64,000 bases of DNA, taken from assembly GCA_963668175.1 (NCBI GenBank), contig OY764159.1:2816001-2880000 (forward strand), given 5' to 3'. A program made the position numbers and the translations under genes. Below, one piece after another: positions 9,117 through 19,918 of this stretch. The notes under the pieces were generated by a model, which saw nothing but the letters and a program-made list of their open reading frames with translations, was not told where the DNA came from and ran no database searches. This DNA comes from Syntrophales bacterium (GTDB lineage: Bacteria; Desulfobacterota; Syntrophia; Syntrophales; PHBD01). Numbering within the stretch: position 1 is the stretch's first letter; each line of letters opens with the position of its first letter.

Positions 9117-10577
9117 ATGTTAGAAGACAACGTCAAGGAAGCCCTCACGTTCGACGACCTCCTCCTGGTGCCGGCCGAATCGTCCGTCATGCCGGGAAGC
9201 GTCGATACGAAAACGCTTTTGACCAACAATATCCCCCTTGCCATGCCGCTCGTCAGCGCCGCCATGGATTCCGTGACCGAGTCGAACACGGCCATCTGCA
9301 TGGCCCAGGAAGGGGGCATCGGCATCATCCACCGCAACATGAGTATCGAAAAACAGTCCCTGGAGGTCGACAAGGTCAAGAAGTCGGAAAGCGGCATGAT
9401 CGTCGATCCGATCACGATCGGGCCCGACGAGAAAGTCCAGGCCGCCATGGACCTGATGAACAAGTACCGGATCTCCGGCGTTCCCGTCACCAGGAACCGA
9501 CGGCTCGTCGGCATCCTGACGAACCGGGACCTGCGCTTCGAAACGGACATGGACCAGCCGATCTCCAGCGTCATGACCAAGGAGAACCTGGTCACCGTGA
9601 CGTCGAGCATTTCCCTCGACGATTCGAAAAAACTCCTGCATAAACACAGGATTGAAAAGCTTCTCGTCGTCGACGACGATTACAACCTGAAGGGCCTGAT
9701 CACCATCAAGGACATCGAGAAGATCAGGCGCTACCCGAATGCGAGCAAGGATGCCCTGGGGAGGCTCCGCGTCGGCGCCGCCGTCGGCATCCTGGACCGT
9801 GAAGAAAGAATAGAGGCCCTGATCGCCGCCGGGGCGGACGTCATCTGCATCGATACGTCCCACGGCCACTCGAAGGGCGTCCTCGACGCCGTCCGGTCCA
9901 CGAAGGCCAACTTCCCGAATTGCGAGCTGATTGCCGGCAACGTCGCCACGGCGGAAGGCGCGAAAGCCCTGATCGAGGCGGGCGTCGATGCGGTCAAGGT
10001 CGGCGTCGGTCCCGGATCGATCTGCACGACCAGGGTTGTCGCCGGTGTAGGCATTCCCCAGATGACGGCCATCCGCGAGGCCTGCAAGGCGGCCGCGGCA
10101 AAAGGCATTCCCGTCGTCGCCGACGGGGGCATCAAGTTCTCGGGCGACATCGTCAAGGCCCTGGCCGCCGGAGCCCATACGGTCATGATCGGCGGACTCT
10201 TTGCCGGGACGGAGGAAAGCCCGGGCGAGACGATCCTCTACCAGGGACGGAGCTACAAGGTCTACCGCGGGATGGGGTCGCTGGAAGCCATGAAGATGGG
10301 GAGCCGCGACCGCTACTACCAGGACGACATCGAAAGCAACCTCAAGATGGTGCCGGAGGGCATCGAGGGCAGGGTGCCCTTCCGCGGGTCCCTGTCGGCC
10401 AGCATCTATCAGCTTATAGGCGGGCTTAAGGCCGGCATGGGGTACGTCGGCTGCAAGACGATTCAGGAACTCCACGAAAAGGCGCGCTTCGTCCGGATCA
10501 CGTCGGCGGGGCTCAGGGAGAGCCACGTCCACGACGTCATCATCACGAAGGAAGCGCCGAACTACCGTCTGGATTAA
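9117..10577 (+). CDS. guaB: IMP dehydrogenase
   Basis: [14 protein letters not shown] pair, catalytic [14 protein letters not shown] and PEGIEG. Confidence 0.99.
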   Translation: MLEDNVKEALTFDDLLLVPAESSVMPGSVDTKTLLTNNIPLAMPLVSAAMDSVTESNTAICMAQEGGIGIIHRNMSIEKQSLEVDKVKKSESGMIVDPITIGPDEKVQAAMDLMNKYRISGVPVTRNRRLVGILTNRDLRFETDMDQPISSVMTKENLVTVTSSISLDDSKKLLHKHRIEKLLVVDDDYNLKGLITIKDIEKIRRYPNASKDALGRLRVGAAVGILDREERIEALIAAGADVICIDTSHGHSKGVLDAVRSTKANFPNCELIAGNVATAEGAKALIEAGVDAVKVGVGPGSICTTRVVAGVGIPQMTAIREACKAAAAKGIPVVADGGIKFSGDIVKALAAGAHTVMIGGLFAGTEESPGETILYQGRSYKVYRGMGSLEAMKMGSRDRYYQDDIESNLKMVPEGIEGRVPFRGSLSASIYQLIGGLKAGMGYVGCKTIQELHEKARFVRITSAGLRESHVHDVIITKEAPNYRLD

Positions 10578-10686
10578 AAATGTTTTCAATGGGTTAGTCT
10601 TCACGGGGCCTCCGTCCGGCAGACGGCCGGGCGCTCCCGGCGGGGAATGGTCCGTCCGGAATAACGATCAGGCAGGGAAAGGCACT

Positions 10687-13600
10687 ATGGCATCCGATTT
10701 CGTACATCTCCACCTCCACACGCAGTACAGCCTTCTCGACGGAACGATCCGTCTCGACGACCTCTTTCAGAAAGCGAAGGAATTCCGGATGGATACCGTC
10801 GCCATGACGGACCACGGCAACATCTTCGGCGCCATCGACTTCTTCCAGAAAGCGAAGAAAAACGGCATCAAGCCGATCATCGGCTGCGAATTGTATATCG
10901 CCCCGGCGAGCCGTTTCGATAAGACGGACCATGCCGGAGAGGCCGCCCGCCATCTCGTCGTCCTGGCGGCGTCGATGGAGGGCTACAGGAACCTCATGAT
11001 CCTCGCGTCCGCCGGGTACCTGGAAGGGCACCATTACCGGCCCCGCGTGGACCGCGACCTCCTCCGGGCCCATCACGGAGGGCTCATCGCCCTCTCCGGG
11101 TGCCTCAAAGGCGTCGTCGCGGACCATATCCTGAAGGGTAACAACGTCGGAGCCGCCCGGGCGGCGGCGGAAGAGTACCGGGATATCTTCGGCAGGGACC
11201 ATTTCTTCCTGGAGGTCATGGATTCAGGGCTCCCCGAACAGAAGATCGTCAACAAGGAACTCCTCGAATTGAGTAAGGAAATGTCCATCCCGCTTGTGGC
11301 CACGAACGACTGCCACTATCTCTCCCGGGACGACGTCGAGGCCCACGAGGTCCTCATCTGCATACAGACGGGCAAGACCCTCGACGACACGAAGCGCCTG
11401 AAATTCTCGACGGACCAGCTCTACTTCCGCAGCGGCGACGAGATGAAGGAACTCTTCAAATGGTGCCCGGAAGCGATCGAAAATACGGTAAAAATCGCCG
11501 AACGGTGTAACGTCGCCTTCAAGTTCGGCGAATTCTTCCTGCCCAAGGTCGAGCGCGTCCCCGGCGAGAACCTCGACGACCGCCTCCGGATCGAAGCGGA
11601 GGAAGGGTTCGCGAAGCGCCTCCAGCAGGCGGCGGACGCCGGGAAGCCCCTGGACGAGCCCGTCTACCGGAAGCGTTTAACCGAGGAACTCGCGATGATC
11701 AGCGACATGGGTTTCTCCGGCTATTTCCTGATCGTCTCCGACTTTATCCGCTACGCCAGGGAGCACGACATCCCCGTCGGGCCCGGCCGCGGTTCGGCCG
11801 CCGGGAGCCTCGTCGCCTTCGCCACGGAAATCACGAATATCGACCCGATCCGCTACCGCCTCTTCTTCGAGCGGTTCCTGAACCCGAGCCGCATCAGCAT
11901 GCCCGATATCGACACCGATTTCTGCCAGGAAAAGCGCGACGAAATCATCAAGTACGTCACGGACAAATATTCCAAGGAGAAGGTCGCCCAGATCATCACC
12001 TTCGGAAAAATGCAGGCCAAGGGGGCCATCCGGGACGTGGGCCGGGTCCTGAGCATCCCTTACGGCGAGGTGGACGCCATTGCCAAGCTGATCCCCAATA
12101 TCCTCAACATCACGATCAACGAGGCCGTCAAGATGGAGCCGCGCCTCCAGGAGGAGGAGAAGAAGAACGAGCGTGTCCGGAAGCTCCTCGCCCTGTCGCG
12201 GGCGGTCGAAGGCCTCAACCGTCACGCCTCCATCCATGCCGCGGGCGTCGTCATCTCCGACGTGCCCCTCGTGGAGCGCGTGCCCCTTTACAAGAGCCCC
12301 AAGGACGATATCATCGTCACCCAGTTCACCATGAACGACCTCCAGACGGTGGGCCTCACGAAATTCGACTTCCTCGGCCTCAAGACCCTGACGGTCATCA
12401 AGAACGCCCTGCAGTTCATCGAGAAGGGAAGGGGGGTCGTCCTGGACCTCGACAACCTCCCCCTCGACGACGGCGACACGTACCGGCTCCTCATGCGGGG
12501 CGACACGGACGGCGTCTTCCAGCTGGAAAGCACCGGAATGAAAGATATTCTCACCGGCATGAAGCCCGACTGCATCGAGGACATCATCGCCCTCATCGCC
12601 CTCTACCGGCCGGGTCCCATGAACATGGTCCCCGACTTCATCAAGCGGAAGCTGGGCAAGACCAAGATCACCTACGAAGTCCCGGAACTCAAGGAAGTCC
12701 TTAAGGAAACGTACGGCGTCATCCTCTACCAGGAGCAGGTCATGCAGATCGCCAGCGTCATCGGCAACTACACCATGGCCGAGGCCGACACCCTCCGGAA
12801 GGTGATGAGCAAGAAGAAGACCGACGAGATGGACAAGGAAAAGCCCAAGTTCCTCGAAGGCTCGAAAACCAAAAAGATTTCCGCGGAGAAGGCCAAGAAG
12901 ATCTGGGAGCAGATGGAGACCTTCGCCCAGTACGGCTTCAACAAGTCCCACAGCACCGCCTACGCGATGATCTCCTACCAGACGGCGTACCTCAAGGCCC
13001 ATTACCCCGTCGAATTCATGGCCGCCCTGCTCACGTCGGAAAAGGACAACCGGGACAAAATCATCAAATATATCAACAGTTGCAAGGAAGTCGGCATCCA
13101 GGTCCTGCCCCCGGACGTCAACGAATCCCAGAGCGACTTCTCCGTCGCCGGGAGCCATATCCGCTTCGGCCTTTCGGCCGTGAAGAACGTCGGCGTCTCC
13201 GCCGTCGAGGCCATCACGGAGGAGCGGGACAAGAACGGCAAGTTCGCGAGTTTCTACGACTTCTGCTATCGCGTGGACATCAGGCGGATCAACAAGCGCA
13301 TGATCGAGAGCCTCATCAAGTGCGGCGCCTTCGACTCGACGGGCCACAAGCGCCGCCAACTCATGGAGCATTACGAGGAGATCATGGACGCGGCCCAGAG
13401 GCGGCTCCGGGAGAAATCGAGCGGCCAGGCGAGCCTCTTCGAGGACCTGGAAGGCGGCGAGGAAGGGGACGAAACCCTAAACCATAACTTCATTGTTCCC
13501 GAGACAGACGAATGGAATTACAAGGAATTGCTCGCGAACGAAAAGGAGATGATCGGCTTCTACATCACGGGCCATCCCCTGTCGGCCTTCGTCGACCGCC

Positions 13601-14148
13601 TGAGCCTCGTCGCCAACGCCGATTCGGCCTCCATCGCCGGGAAGAACGATAAAGATCAGGTGACGTTCGGCGGTATCGTGAGCAATATCAGGGAATTGAA
13701 AACAAAGAAGCTCGATACGATGGCCTATGTGACCATCGAGGACCTGAAGGGCTCCGTCGAGATCATCTGCTTCGGCGACGTATACCGGTTTGCCTCGCCC
13801 TTTCTTCACGGCGACGAGCCTGTTCTCGTGAAGGGCGTCCTTGATGTAAACGATGAGAGTGTGAAGGTAAAGGCCCTGGAAATAAGCCTTCTTTCCGAGG
13901 TGATCGCCCAGCCGTTCAGCGCGGTGCACTTCCGGGTGGACGTCGACAGGTATGCCCCCCGCGACATCGAGGCCCTCCACCACATCATCCGCCACTACAA
14001 GGGCAAGCACGACGGCTACCTCCATCTCGTGAACGGAAAAAGCGAGACGGTCGTCTATCTCGGGCGCGACATCAAGCTCGATATCAACATGCACCTGAAG
14101 AAGGAAGCCGACCAATTATTCGGCGACGGAACGACGTATTTCGTTTAA
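10687..14148 (+). CDS. dnaE: DNA polymerase III alpha subunit
   Basis: PHP domain HLHLHTQYSLLDG, GRGSAAGS, PDIDTDF, YGFNKSH and an OB fold; no intein seen. Confidence 0.99.
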   Translation: MASDFVHLHLHTQYSLLDGTIRLDDLFQKAKEFRMDTVAMTDHGNIFGAIDFFQKAKKNGIKPIIGCELYIAPASRFDKTDHAGEAARHLVVLAASMEGYRNLMILASAGYLEGHHYRPRVDRDLLRAHHGGLIALSGCLKGVVADHILKGNNVGAARAAAEEYRDIFGRDHFFLEVMDSGLPEQKIVNKELLELSKEMSIPLVATNDCHYLSRDDVEAHEVLICIQTGKTLDDTKRLKFSTDQLYFRSGDEMKELFKWCPEAIENTVKIAERCNVAFKFGEFFLPKVERVPGENLDDRLRIEAEEGFAKRLQQAADAGKPLDEPVYRKRLTEELAMISDMGFSGYFLIVSDFIRYAREHDIPVGPGRGSAAGSLVAFATEITNIDPIRYRLFFERFLNPSRISMPDIDTDFCQEKRDEIIKYVTDKYSKEKVAQIITFGKMQAKGAIRDVGRVLSIPYGEVDAIAKLIPNILNITINEAVKMEPRLQEEEKKNERVRKLLALSRAVEGLNRHASIHAAGVVISDVPLVERVPLYKSPKDDIIVTQFTMNDLQTVGLTKFDFLGLKTLTVIKNALQFIEKGRGVVLDLDNLPLDDGDTYRLLMRGDTDGVFQLESTGMKDILTGMKPDCIEDIIALIALYRPGPMNMVPDFIKRKLGKTKITYEVPELKEVLKETYGVILYQEQVMQIASVIGNYTMAEADTLRKVMSKKKTDEMDKEKPKFLEGSKTKKISAEKAKKIWEQMETFAQYGFNKSHSTAYAMISYQTAYLKAHYPVEFMAALLTSEKDNRDKIIKYINSCKEVGIQVLPPDVNESQSDFSVAGSHIRFGLSAVKNVGVSAVEAITEERDKNGKFASFYDFCYRVDIRRINKRMIESLIKCGAFDSTGHKRRQLMEHYEEIMDAAQRRLREKSSGQASLFEDLEGGEEGDETLNHNFIVPETDEWNYKELLANEKEMIGFYITGHPLSAFVDRLSLVANADSASIAGKNDKDQVTFGGIVSNIRELKTKKLDTMAYVTIEDLKGSVEIICFGDVYRFASPFLHGDEPVLVKGVLDVNDESVKVKALEISLLSEVIAQPFSAVHFRVDVDRYAPRDIEALHHIIRHYKGKHDGYLHLVNGKSETVVYLGRDIKLDINMHLKKEADQLFGDGTTYFV

Positions 14149-14349
14149 ACCATCATGAAGTACATGAAGATACGCTTCCCGGGGCAGGGCGGTTGGTTAT
14201 CTTAAGACACAACATGAAGGATCGTAGGTTAACCATATATAAATAAAGAATATTCGGCCATAGAAGATTGCAAACACGGACGGCAACAGGCATGCCGTAC
14301 GGATAAATCATAATTTCACTATGTAAATCAATGGTATTTCTTGTCATCT

Positions 14350-15072
14350 ATGAAGGAATACATCAAAAGAACGTACCGCAACCGAATCTTAAGCCAAGAC
14401 CTTAATAAATATCATATAAACGTACGAGAAACGGACCTATTTATTACTTCCGACCAGGACATCGAGGCGGAGACAGCGAAGATCGTCCACCGGCTAAGAA
14501 GTCATCTTGAAGTCTACATCGACATCCATCCTGAATTCCTTACGTCATTACAGCCGCTTCCAGAGGATCATTTCGCCCCGAACATTGTCCGCGGGATGCT
14601 TAAAGCAGGTTCTGCCGCAAATGTCGGTCCCATGGCCGCCGTGGCGGGCGCCGTGGCGGAATTTGTCGGCCGCGAGCTCATGGACCGCTGCGCCACCCTC
14701 ATCGTCGAAAACGGCGGCGACTGCTTCCTGAAATCGGACAAAGAGCGAACCGTTGCCATCTTCGCCGGCGAATCGCCTTTGAGCTACAAGGTGCGCCTCC
14801 GGATCGCCCCGGAAAAGACGCCCATCGGGATTTGCACGTCGTCGGGGACGGTCGGGCCGTCTTTGAGCCTGGGGAAGGCGGACGCCGTTTGCGTCCTGGC
14901 AAAAACGGCGACACTCGCCGACGCCGCGGCGTCATCCATCGGAAATCTCGTGCAATCCGGACGGGACATCACAAGGGGGATCGAGAGATCGCAGCAAATA
15001 GAGGGCATTTTAGGCGTCGTCATTATAAGCGGCGACCGCATGGGCGCCTGGGGCGACGTCGAACTCGTCTAA
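14350..15072 (+). CDS. UPF0280/ApbE-like protein
   Basis: VGPMAAVAGA, ENGGD, CTSSGTVGPSLSLG and ADAAAS. Confidence 0.85.
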   Translation: MKEYIKRTYRNRILSQDLNKYHINVRETDLFITSDQDIEAETAKIVHRLRSHLEVYIDIHPEFLTSLQPLPEDHFAPNIVRGMLKAGSAANVGPMAAVAGAVAEFVGRELMDRCATLIVENGGDCFLKSDKERTVAIFAGESPLSYKVRLRIAPEKTPIGICTSSGTVGPSLSLGKADAVCVLAKTATLADAAASSIGNLVQSGRDITRGIERSQQIEGILGVVIISGDRMGAWGDVELV

Positions 15073-15371
15073 GCATCCGTTATCACATCTGATGATATGA
15101 GACGATCGCATGGAAGGCGGGACGCTTCGGGGGCTCCTGATCCATTAAAGTCAGCGGTAAGGTCATCAAGCGCCTGGCGGACAGGATTAGAAGCGGTCCG
15201 TCATCAGGTCATTAATAAAAAGATCTTCGTCAAGAGACCAGTCAAACCGAAAGGGCGTCCAAATTCCGTAGGGCGTTTCGGAGCGGTAAAATCGGCCGCA
15301 ATAATTTCCGTCACAAAAATTCCGGGGAGGAGGACCGTCCAGGACACAAAGGGCTATTTAGAGCATCGGTA

Positions 15372-15399
15372 AGTTTACATAACATATCTTATAGGACAT
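15372..15399 (-). other. dif-like XerCD chromosome dimer resolution site
   Basis: Minus strand reads ATGTCCTATAA-GATATG-TTATGTAAACT (11-6-11). The right arm is near-identical to the XerD arm TTATGTTAAAT. Intergenic; KOPS-like polarity flips here. Confidence 0.8.
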
Positions 15400-15677
15400 A
15401 TATGCCGTTTCGGCGGCGGGGGGCATGAACTCCATGCTTCCGTTTCTCAAGACGGCGTGAAAAAAAAGTCGGAAGACGATCCGTGACCCTATTCAGGCTT
15501 CAAATTTCCCTGTCGGCTATTATTTTCCTTCCATTCGCTGCCATGTGTCTTTCGGCGGCCATTCCTTCCCGCACGATCCCGTAAACATCACTGAAAATGA
15601 TGTCCATCATAAATACAATTCATTTGAATGATGGACGGATCGGGTGTTCAATGAGCGAAAAATCGAGGAGGTTGCAT

Positions 15678-16043
15678 ATGGAAGCGGCCGATGTGGAAAA
15701 GATCGAAAAGATCATCCGGGACAGGAAATATTCGGGCAAATTCTTCATGGAGCGGTCCAAGACTTTCAACGCCTTTGCGAACCTGGCGAGAGTCGCATTC
15801 GAAGACGGCGAGTTGGACAGGAGAACCAAGGAACTGATCGCCACGTCCATTTCCGTCGTGATCAATTGCGAAGCCTGCATGGAATGGCATATCGGCGAGG
15901 CCATGCGGCGGGGCGCGACGGAGCGGCAGATCATCGAGAGCATCGACGTGGCGACGGATATGGGCGGCGGCCCGGCGACCGTCTCGGCCAGGTTCGCCCT
16001 GAAGGTCCTCGAATACTATACGGAAAAGAACAAGGGCAAATAA
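15678..16043 (+). CDS. Carboxymuconolactone decarboxylase/AhpD family protein
   Basis: LDRRTKELIA...CEACMEWH; RBS GAGGAGG. Confidence 0.85.
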   Translation: MEAADVEKIEKIIRDRKYSGKFFMERSKTFNAFANLARVAFEDGELDRRTKELIATSISVVINCEACMEWHIGEAMRRGATERQIIESIDVATDMGGGPATVSARFALKVLEYYTEKNKGK

Positions 16044-16156
16044 CCGGAAGCGTGCCGCAGGGCGATCCCGGCGGAATGTTTCCTGGCGGCACGGGATACT
16101 GCGCCATACGTTCCGCGATAGCAGCGGAAGCATGCAGCCCCCTGCCCTTTCCTTCC

Positions 16157-16810
16157 TTAGCGCGAATGCGCGGGTCTCTTGTCGGCGCCGAATCTCTCCC
16201 TGATGATCGGGACGATCCAGTCGAAGGCGAGGTCCGCCGTCGCGGGATACTTCTCCAGGTATTCGATGTAGGGGCCGCCCTCCAGGGTCTTTTCCGGCAG
16301 GATTGCGTCCGTCAGGCCGTCGAATTCCACGGCCGGAAGTCCGTTCTTGGCGCACAGGTCCGCGTCGAAGGCGGCGGTGGCGCTCAGCCATTTCCCGCCG
16401 CAGTAGAACTGGTTGTAGCCGTGACGGGGAAAGACGTTCGTGCCGATCATCTTCACGATATGCTCCGGGACGCGGTGGTTCCGGATCTTGGCATACGCTA
16501 GCCGGCAGGGAACGCCGACGGCGCGGGACAGGGCCGCAAAGAGGACGGCCTTCTGGACGCAATATCCCCTCCCCCATTCCAAAATCATCGATGCCCGGAA
16601 ATCCTCTTCGCAGGCGGAAATCATGAACAGGTTGTACTTGATCGCATCCCGGACAAAGTAGAACAGCTTGACGATCTTGTCTTTATCGCTTCCGCAGCCG
16701 GCGGTGACGCGCTCCGCGCAGGCGACGACGGCCGGGTGGTCCGACTCGATCACCTTCGTCGGCTGCAGAAACGCGGCCATCTCTGCGGTTTCTTCCGGGT
16801 TTATTGACAT
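16157..16810 (-). CDS. Transglutaminase-like domain protein
   Basis: LFYFVRDAI, GYCVQKAVLFAALSRAVGVP and HGY (Cys-His). Confidence 0.85.
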   Translation of the reverse strand: MSINPEETAEMAAFLQPTKVIESDHPAVVACAERVTAGCGSDKDKIVKLFYFVRDAIKYNLFMISACEEDFRASMILEWGRGYCVQKAVLFAALSRAVGVPCRLAYAKIRNHRVPEHIVKMIGTNVFPRHGYNQFYCGGKWLSATAAFDADLCAKNGLPAVEFDGLTDAILPEKTLEGGPYIEYLEKYPATADLAFDWIVPIIRERFGADKRPAHSR

Positions 16811-16961
16811 AAAGAACCTTCCTTGATGTAAATTGAACTGCCCCATTCTCTCTCGAAAACGGCGTAAGGTCAAGTTGTGGAAGCATGTTCTTTTACTTGA
16901 TTTATGATCGAATAAGGCACAACATGGCGGCAGGATTCGCAGTAAAGGAGCGTGGGAAGAC

Positions 16962-17153
16962 ATGATCAGACGCGTTATATGCGCCAAGCATCGGCCGGGC
17001 ATGTCGCGGGCGGAGTTTCAGGACTACTGGCTGAATCACCACGGACCGCTGTTCGGGAGATTCGTCGTTCCCCCGGCCTTTCAGTCTTCGCACCGGAAGG
17101 CGGAGGCGGCGGCGTTCATGGCCTCCGGCTGTAAAGGAGGGCCGTCGCTTTGA
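16962..17153 (+). pseudogene. Truncated EthD-like gene fragment
   Basis: RPGMSRAEFQDYWLNHHGPL matches the EthD N-terminus; similarity appears lost after about 35 aa. Confidence 0.55.
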
Positions 17154-17785
17154 TCCGGCGTCAGGAGGCGGTATCCTGTTATTCGCATCTGGTCGGGGCT
17201 CTTCTGGCCGTGGCCGGTACGGTCTGGCTGGTTGTCGCGGCGCGGGCGTCTGCGGCCCATGTCGTTGTAGCCGCCGTTTACGGGTGTTCGGCGATTCTTC
17301 TCTTTTCGGCCAGCGCTTTCTATCATGCCCGCAAGCAGGCGGAGAATGAAATCTCGCTCTGGCGGAAGCTAGACCATTCCGCCATATTCTTCATGATTGC
17401 CGGCACCTATACGCCTGTCTGCTATGTCTACCTCTCCGGCAACTGGAAATGGTCGGTCATCGCCGTCCAATGGGCGCTCGTCGCCGCCGGCCTGATCCTG
17501 AAAATCCTGTATATCAAGGCCCCCCGCTATTTTTCGACGGTCGTTTACCTGCTCATGGGATGGATCGGCGTTGCGGCCGTCGGCGCCCTGCTTAAAACGA
17601 TGCCGCCCGGCGCCCTGTTTTCCCTCCTGGCCGGAGGGATATCGTTCACGGTCGGGGCGGTGTTCTACATGATCAAGAAACCCGTTTGCCATGCAGGGTT
17701 CGGCTTTCACGAAATCTTCCACCTGTTCGTGTTGCTCGGTTCGGCGTTTCATTACCATCTCGTCTACACGGCCGTGACGGGATGA
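17150..17785 (+). CDS. Hemolysin III / PAQR family membrane protein
   Basis: SHLVG, SAFYH, LDHSAIFFMIAGTYTP and HEIFHLFV. Confidence 0.92.
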   Translation: MIRRQEAVSCYSHLVGALLAVAGTVWLVVAARASAAHVVVAAVYGCSAILLFSASAFYHARKQAENEISLWRKLDHSAIFFMIAGTYTPVCYVYLSGNWKWSVIAVQWALVAAGLILKILYIKAPRYFSTVVYLLMGWIGVAAVGALLKTMPPGALFSLLAGGISFTVGAVFYMIKKPVCHAGFGFHEIFHLFVLLGSAFHYHLVYTAVTG

Positions 17786-17812
17786 CTTCGAACCCCGGCG
17801 GTCAAAAAGCCC

Positions 17813-18613
17813 TTACTTGAAATAGTCGCCCGGCGTCTTCCCCAGGGTCCGGCGGAACATGGAGATGAAGGCGCTTGGGCTGTTGTAGCCCGTCCGGATG
17901 GCGGCGGACGTGACGGACTCCCCCTGCGCCATGCCCTTCAGCGCCTCCAGGATGCGAAGCTGCTGCCGCCACACGTGAAAGTTCATCCCCGTCTCGCTCA
18001 TGAACAGGCGCGCCAGGGTGCGTCCGGCGGCGCCGACCGTCCTGCCCCATGCCTCCAGCGTCCGGCTGTCGTCCGGTTCCGCAGATAACATGAGAAAAAT
18101 CCTTTTCAGACGGCTGTCCCTGGGAATGGGAAGCGCCAGGGGGTCCTCCTTGAGTTCGTTATTCAGAAAGTCCATGATGACCCGGACGATCCGGGCCTCG
18201 GGGCCCCGGGGAGGATAGAGGGCGGGCATGGCCACGGCATAAAGGATCAGTTCCCGGAGGAGCGGCGGCACCGACACGGCGCAGCATTTCTCCGGCAGGC
18301 CCGACGCCGCAGAAGGGTCGAGATAGAGGGTCCTCATCTTGAGCTCGCCAGTTGCGGCTACGCGGTGTTGGAGCCCCGCCGGGACCCAGACGCCCCTGCC
18401 CGGAGGGATGACCCACAGCCCCTCTTCCGTCGTCACGGTCATGACGCCCGCTATGGCCTGGATGAGCTGCGAACGCCGGTGCCGATGGAGCGGCGTCCGC
18501 CGTCCGGCGCGATAGTTGAAGGCCAGGGCCACGAGCGGCCGGGGAATGCCGAGGCGGTCATCGAGGCCGTCGTCGTCGTCCTTTGTCCGTTTTGCGATAT
18601 ATATTGTCTTCAT
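17813..18613 (-). CDS. AraC family regulator (cupin + HTH)
   Basis: HRHRRSQL...WVPAGLQH cupin; C-terminal GYNSPSAFISMFRRTLGKTP. Confidence 0.93.
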   Translation of the reverse strand: MKTIYIAKRTKDDDDGLDDRLGIPRPLVALAFNYRAGRRTPLHRHRRSQLIQAIAGVMTVTTEEGLWVIPPGRGVWVPAGLQHRVAATGELKMRTLYLDPSAASGLPEKCCAVSVPPLLRELILYAVAMPALYPPRGPEARIVRVIMDFLNNELKEDPLALPIPRDSRLKRIFLMLSAEPDDSRTLEAWGRTVGAAGRTLARLFMSETGMNFHVWRQQLRILEALKGMAQGESVTSAAIRTGYNSPSAFISMFRRTLGKTPGDYFK

Positions 18614-18691
18614 ATCGCAAGATTCTAAACGATCCGTTTGTTATAAGCAAGACGAAGTTCCCGCTCCGCCGGGATATTGAAAGGAACACAC

Positions 18692-19843
18692 ATGTCGAAT
18701 CCAAGGGTTTACCTGCTGTCGCTGGGCCACATGGCCTCGGATATCAACCAGGGGGCGCTGCCGGCGCTCCTGCCCTTTCTGATCCAGGAACACGGCCTGA
18801 CGTATGCCGCCGCGGCCGCTCTCGTCTTCGTGGCGAATGCCGCTTCGTCCGTCATCCAGCCGATCTTCGGCCATTTCGCCGACCGGTTCACGAAGCCGTT
18901 CCTCATGCCCGTCGGCATATGCCTCGCCGGGGCGGGGCTGGCCTTTACGGGCTGGGTGGGAGAGTATTCCGCCCTGGTCGTGCTCGTCGGCGTCAGCGGC
19001 CTCGGCATCGCCGCTTTCCACCCGGAAGCGGCTCGCCTGATGAACCGGGTGTCCGGCGATTCGAAAGCCACCGCCATGAGCATCTTCGCCCTGGGCGGCA
19101 ACCTGGGCTTCGCCCTTGGACCGACCGTCGTCACGGCGGTCATGCTGTCGGTGGGCATGAAAGGCACATGGCTGCTGATCCTGCCGGTTGCCCTCGTTTC
19201 GCTGCTCCTGATCTCACAGTTCCCCGCTTTCATGCAGGCGGAAAATGCGGCGAAAAAGGCGGCGCCGACGGAAGGCCTAAAGGACGACTGGGGTGCATTC
19301 GGCCGTCTCACGGCGGCGATCACGTGCCGGTCGGTCATGTTCCACGGCCTCAATACGTTCCTGCCCCTCTACTGGATCGGCGTCCTGGGAGAGACCAAGG
19401 CGTCGGGGGCGATGGCCCTGACCGTCATGTTCACAGCGGGCGTTGTCGGGACGCTCCTGGGTGGGCGGCTGGCGGACCGGTACGGCTCACGCCGCGTGGT
19501 CGTCGCCGGCCTGTGCTCGCTCATCTTCACCCTGCCCCTGCTCCTGGCGACGAATAACGTCATGCTGCTCACGGCCCTCCTCATCCCCGTCGGACTCGGC
19601 CTCTTTGCGTCGTTCAGCCCCATGATCGTCCTCGGCCAGAAGTACCTGCCCAACAGGGTCGGCCTCGCCTCCGGCGTCACCCTGGGGCTCGCCGTTTCCA
19701 TCGGCGGCGTCGCCGCGCCGATCCTCGGATACGTCGCCGACCACTACGGCCTTTTCTGGGCCCTGGCCATCATAGCCGCTGTGCCGCTCCCCTCGGCGGC
19801 GCTGGGATGGTCCCTGCCCAGGGAGGCGAAGAAGACCGCCTGA
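18692..19843 (+). CDS. MFS transporter, fosmidomycin-resistance (Fsr)-like
   Basis: DINQGALPALLP, QPIFGHFADR and AAFHPEA; about 12 hydrophobic segments. Confidence 0.9.
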   Translation: MSNPRVYLLSLGHMASDINQGALPALLPFLIQEHGLTYAAAAALVFVANAASSVIQPIFGHFADRFTKPFLMPVGICLAGAGLAFTGWVGEYSALVVLVGVSGLGIAAFHPEAARLMNRVSGDSKATAMSIFALGGNLGFALGPTVVTAVMLSVGMKGTWLLILPVALVSLLLISQFPAFMQAENAAKKAAPTEGLKDDWGAFGRLTAAITCRSVMFHGLNTFLPLYWIGVLGETKASGAMALTVMFTAGVVGTLLGGRLADRYGSRRVVVAGLCSLIFTLPLLLATNNVMLLTALLIPVGLGLFASFSPMIVLGQKYLPNRVGLASGVTLGLAVSIGGVAAPILGYVADHYGLFWALAIIAAVPLPSAALGWSLPREAKKTA

Positions 19844-19918
19844 ACGTCCCTCCCGCGGGAAACAAAAAAGGCAGAGCCCGCAGGCCCTGCCATTTATCGA
19901 CCATTCTCAGGATGAGAT

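Noticed and set aside
9120..13371. Long antisense ORFs over guaB and dnaE; likewise over rpsA, apgM, the acyl-CoA dehydrogenase, the kinase and the flavoprotein
   Set aside because: Expected shadow ORFs from high-GC codon bias; no recognisable motifs.
10687..14148. Intein or split dnaE
   Set aside because: Length (1153 aa) and motif order are normal.
15075..15371. Xer-integrated mobile element (IMEX) beside dif
   Set aside because: No second dif-like site and no phage or replication genes seen.
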